The position numbers and the translations under genes are program-made. Positions 63,815-64,000 of a stretch of 64,000 nt of DNA are shown here, one piece after another. The notes beneath the pieces were generated by a model. That model was not told where the DNA came from. It saw only the letters and a program-made list of their open reading frames with translations, and made no database searches. How positions within the stretch are numbered: the first letter of the stretch is position 1; every line of letters starts with the position of its first letter. Origin of the DNA: a virus (Duplodnaviria; Caudoviricetes); IMG/VR virus record IMGVR_UViG_2528311002_000006, positions 1 through 64,000 of that record, one strand, 5' to 3'.

Positions 63815-64000
63815 CTGTGTGGCGCCCGCCCTGGCGGCGAAAAAGGCCAGGGCCGGTATCAAGACCGGCTTTTGATGCTGTCGCGGCTCGGCCCCGCGAC
63901 CCCAATGACCCGGCCCGTGGGGGCTGGGTCGGAATACTGCAAGAGGACACGCGCCGGTCTTAGGCGCGCATCAATGACCACCTCGGGAAAGTAGCGAGGG

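Larger units (their letters stand above)
2180..64000. mobile_element. temperate prophage integrated at dusA, podovirus-like; right end beyond the window
   Basis: contiguous lysis, tail, head, terminase, nin, replication and immunity modules; no integrase or attR in the window. Confidence 0.93.

Overview
Almost the whole window (about 2.2 kb to beyond 64 kb) is one temperate prophage in a GC-rich host; Betaproteobacteria (Comamonadaceae-like) is my inference. Its left boundary is a truncated dusA 5' end (MWRMSVAPMMDWTD) beside a decayed integrase of an older island that carries a MocR regulator. From left to right the prophage holds: an SOS-boxed mini-operon; a low-GC protein with a HEPN-like motif; a lysis module; tail and tail-fibre genes; a 5333-aa polyvalent DarB-like protein; a P22 immI-like mnt-arc-ant module; N4-gp56-type capsid, scaffold and portal; a large terminase split into two genes; a self-regulated moron; nin, replication and immunity regions; and the start of the early operon. 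No tape-measure or sheath gene was recognised, so it looks podovirus-like. The most interesting signals are: (1) five small genes between endolysin and spanin, several resembling immune-signal sponge families; (2) a six-copy late promoter with fixed geometry, four copies leaderless; (3) apparent +1-frame genes nested in the giant protein; (4) the split terminase; (5) structured RNA-like elements in the early operon. All family assignments come from motif recognition by eye and need HMM or structure confirmation.
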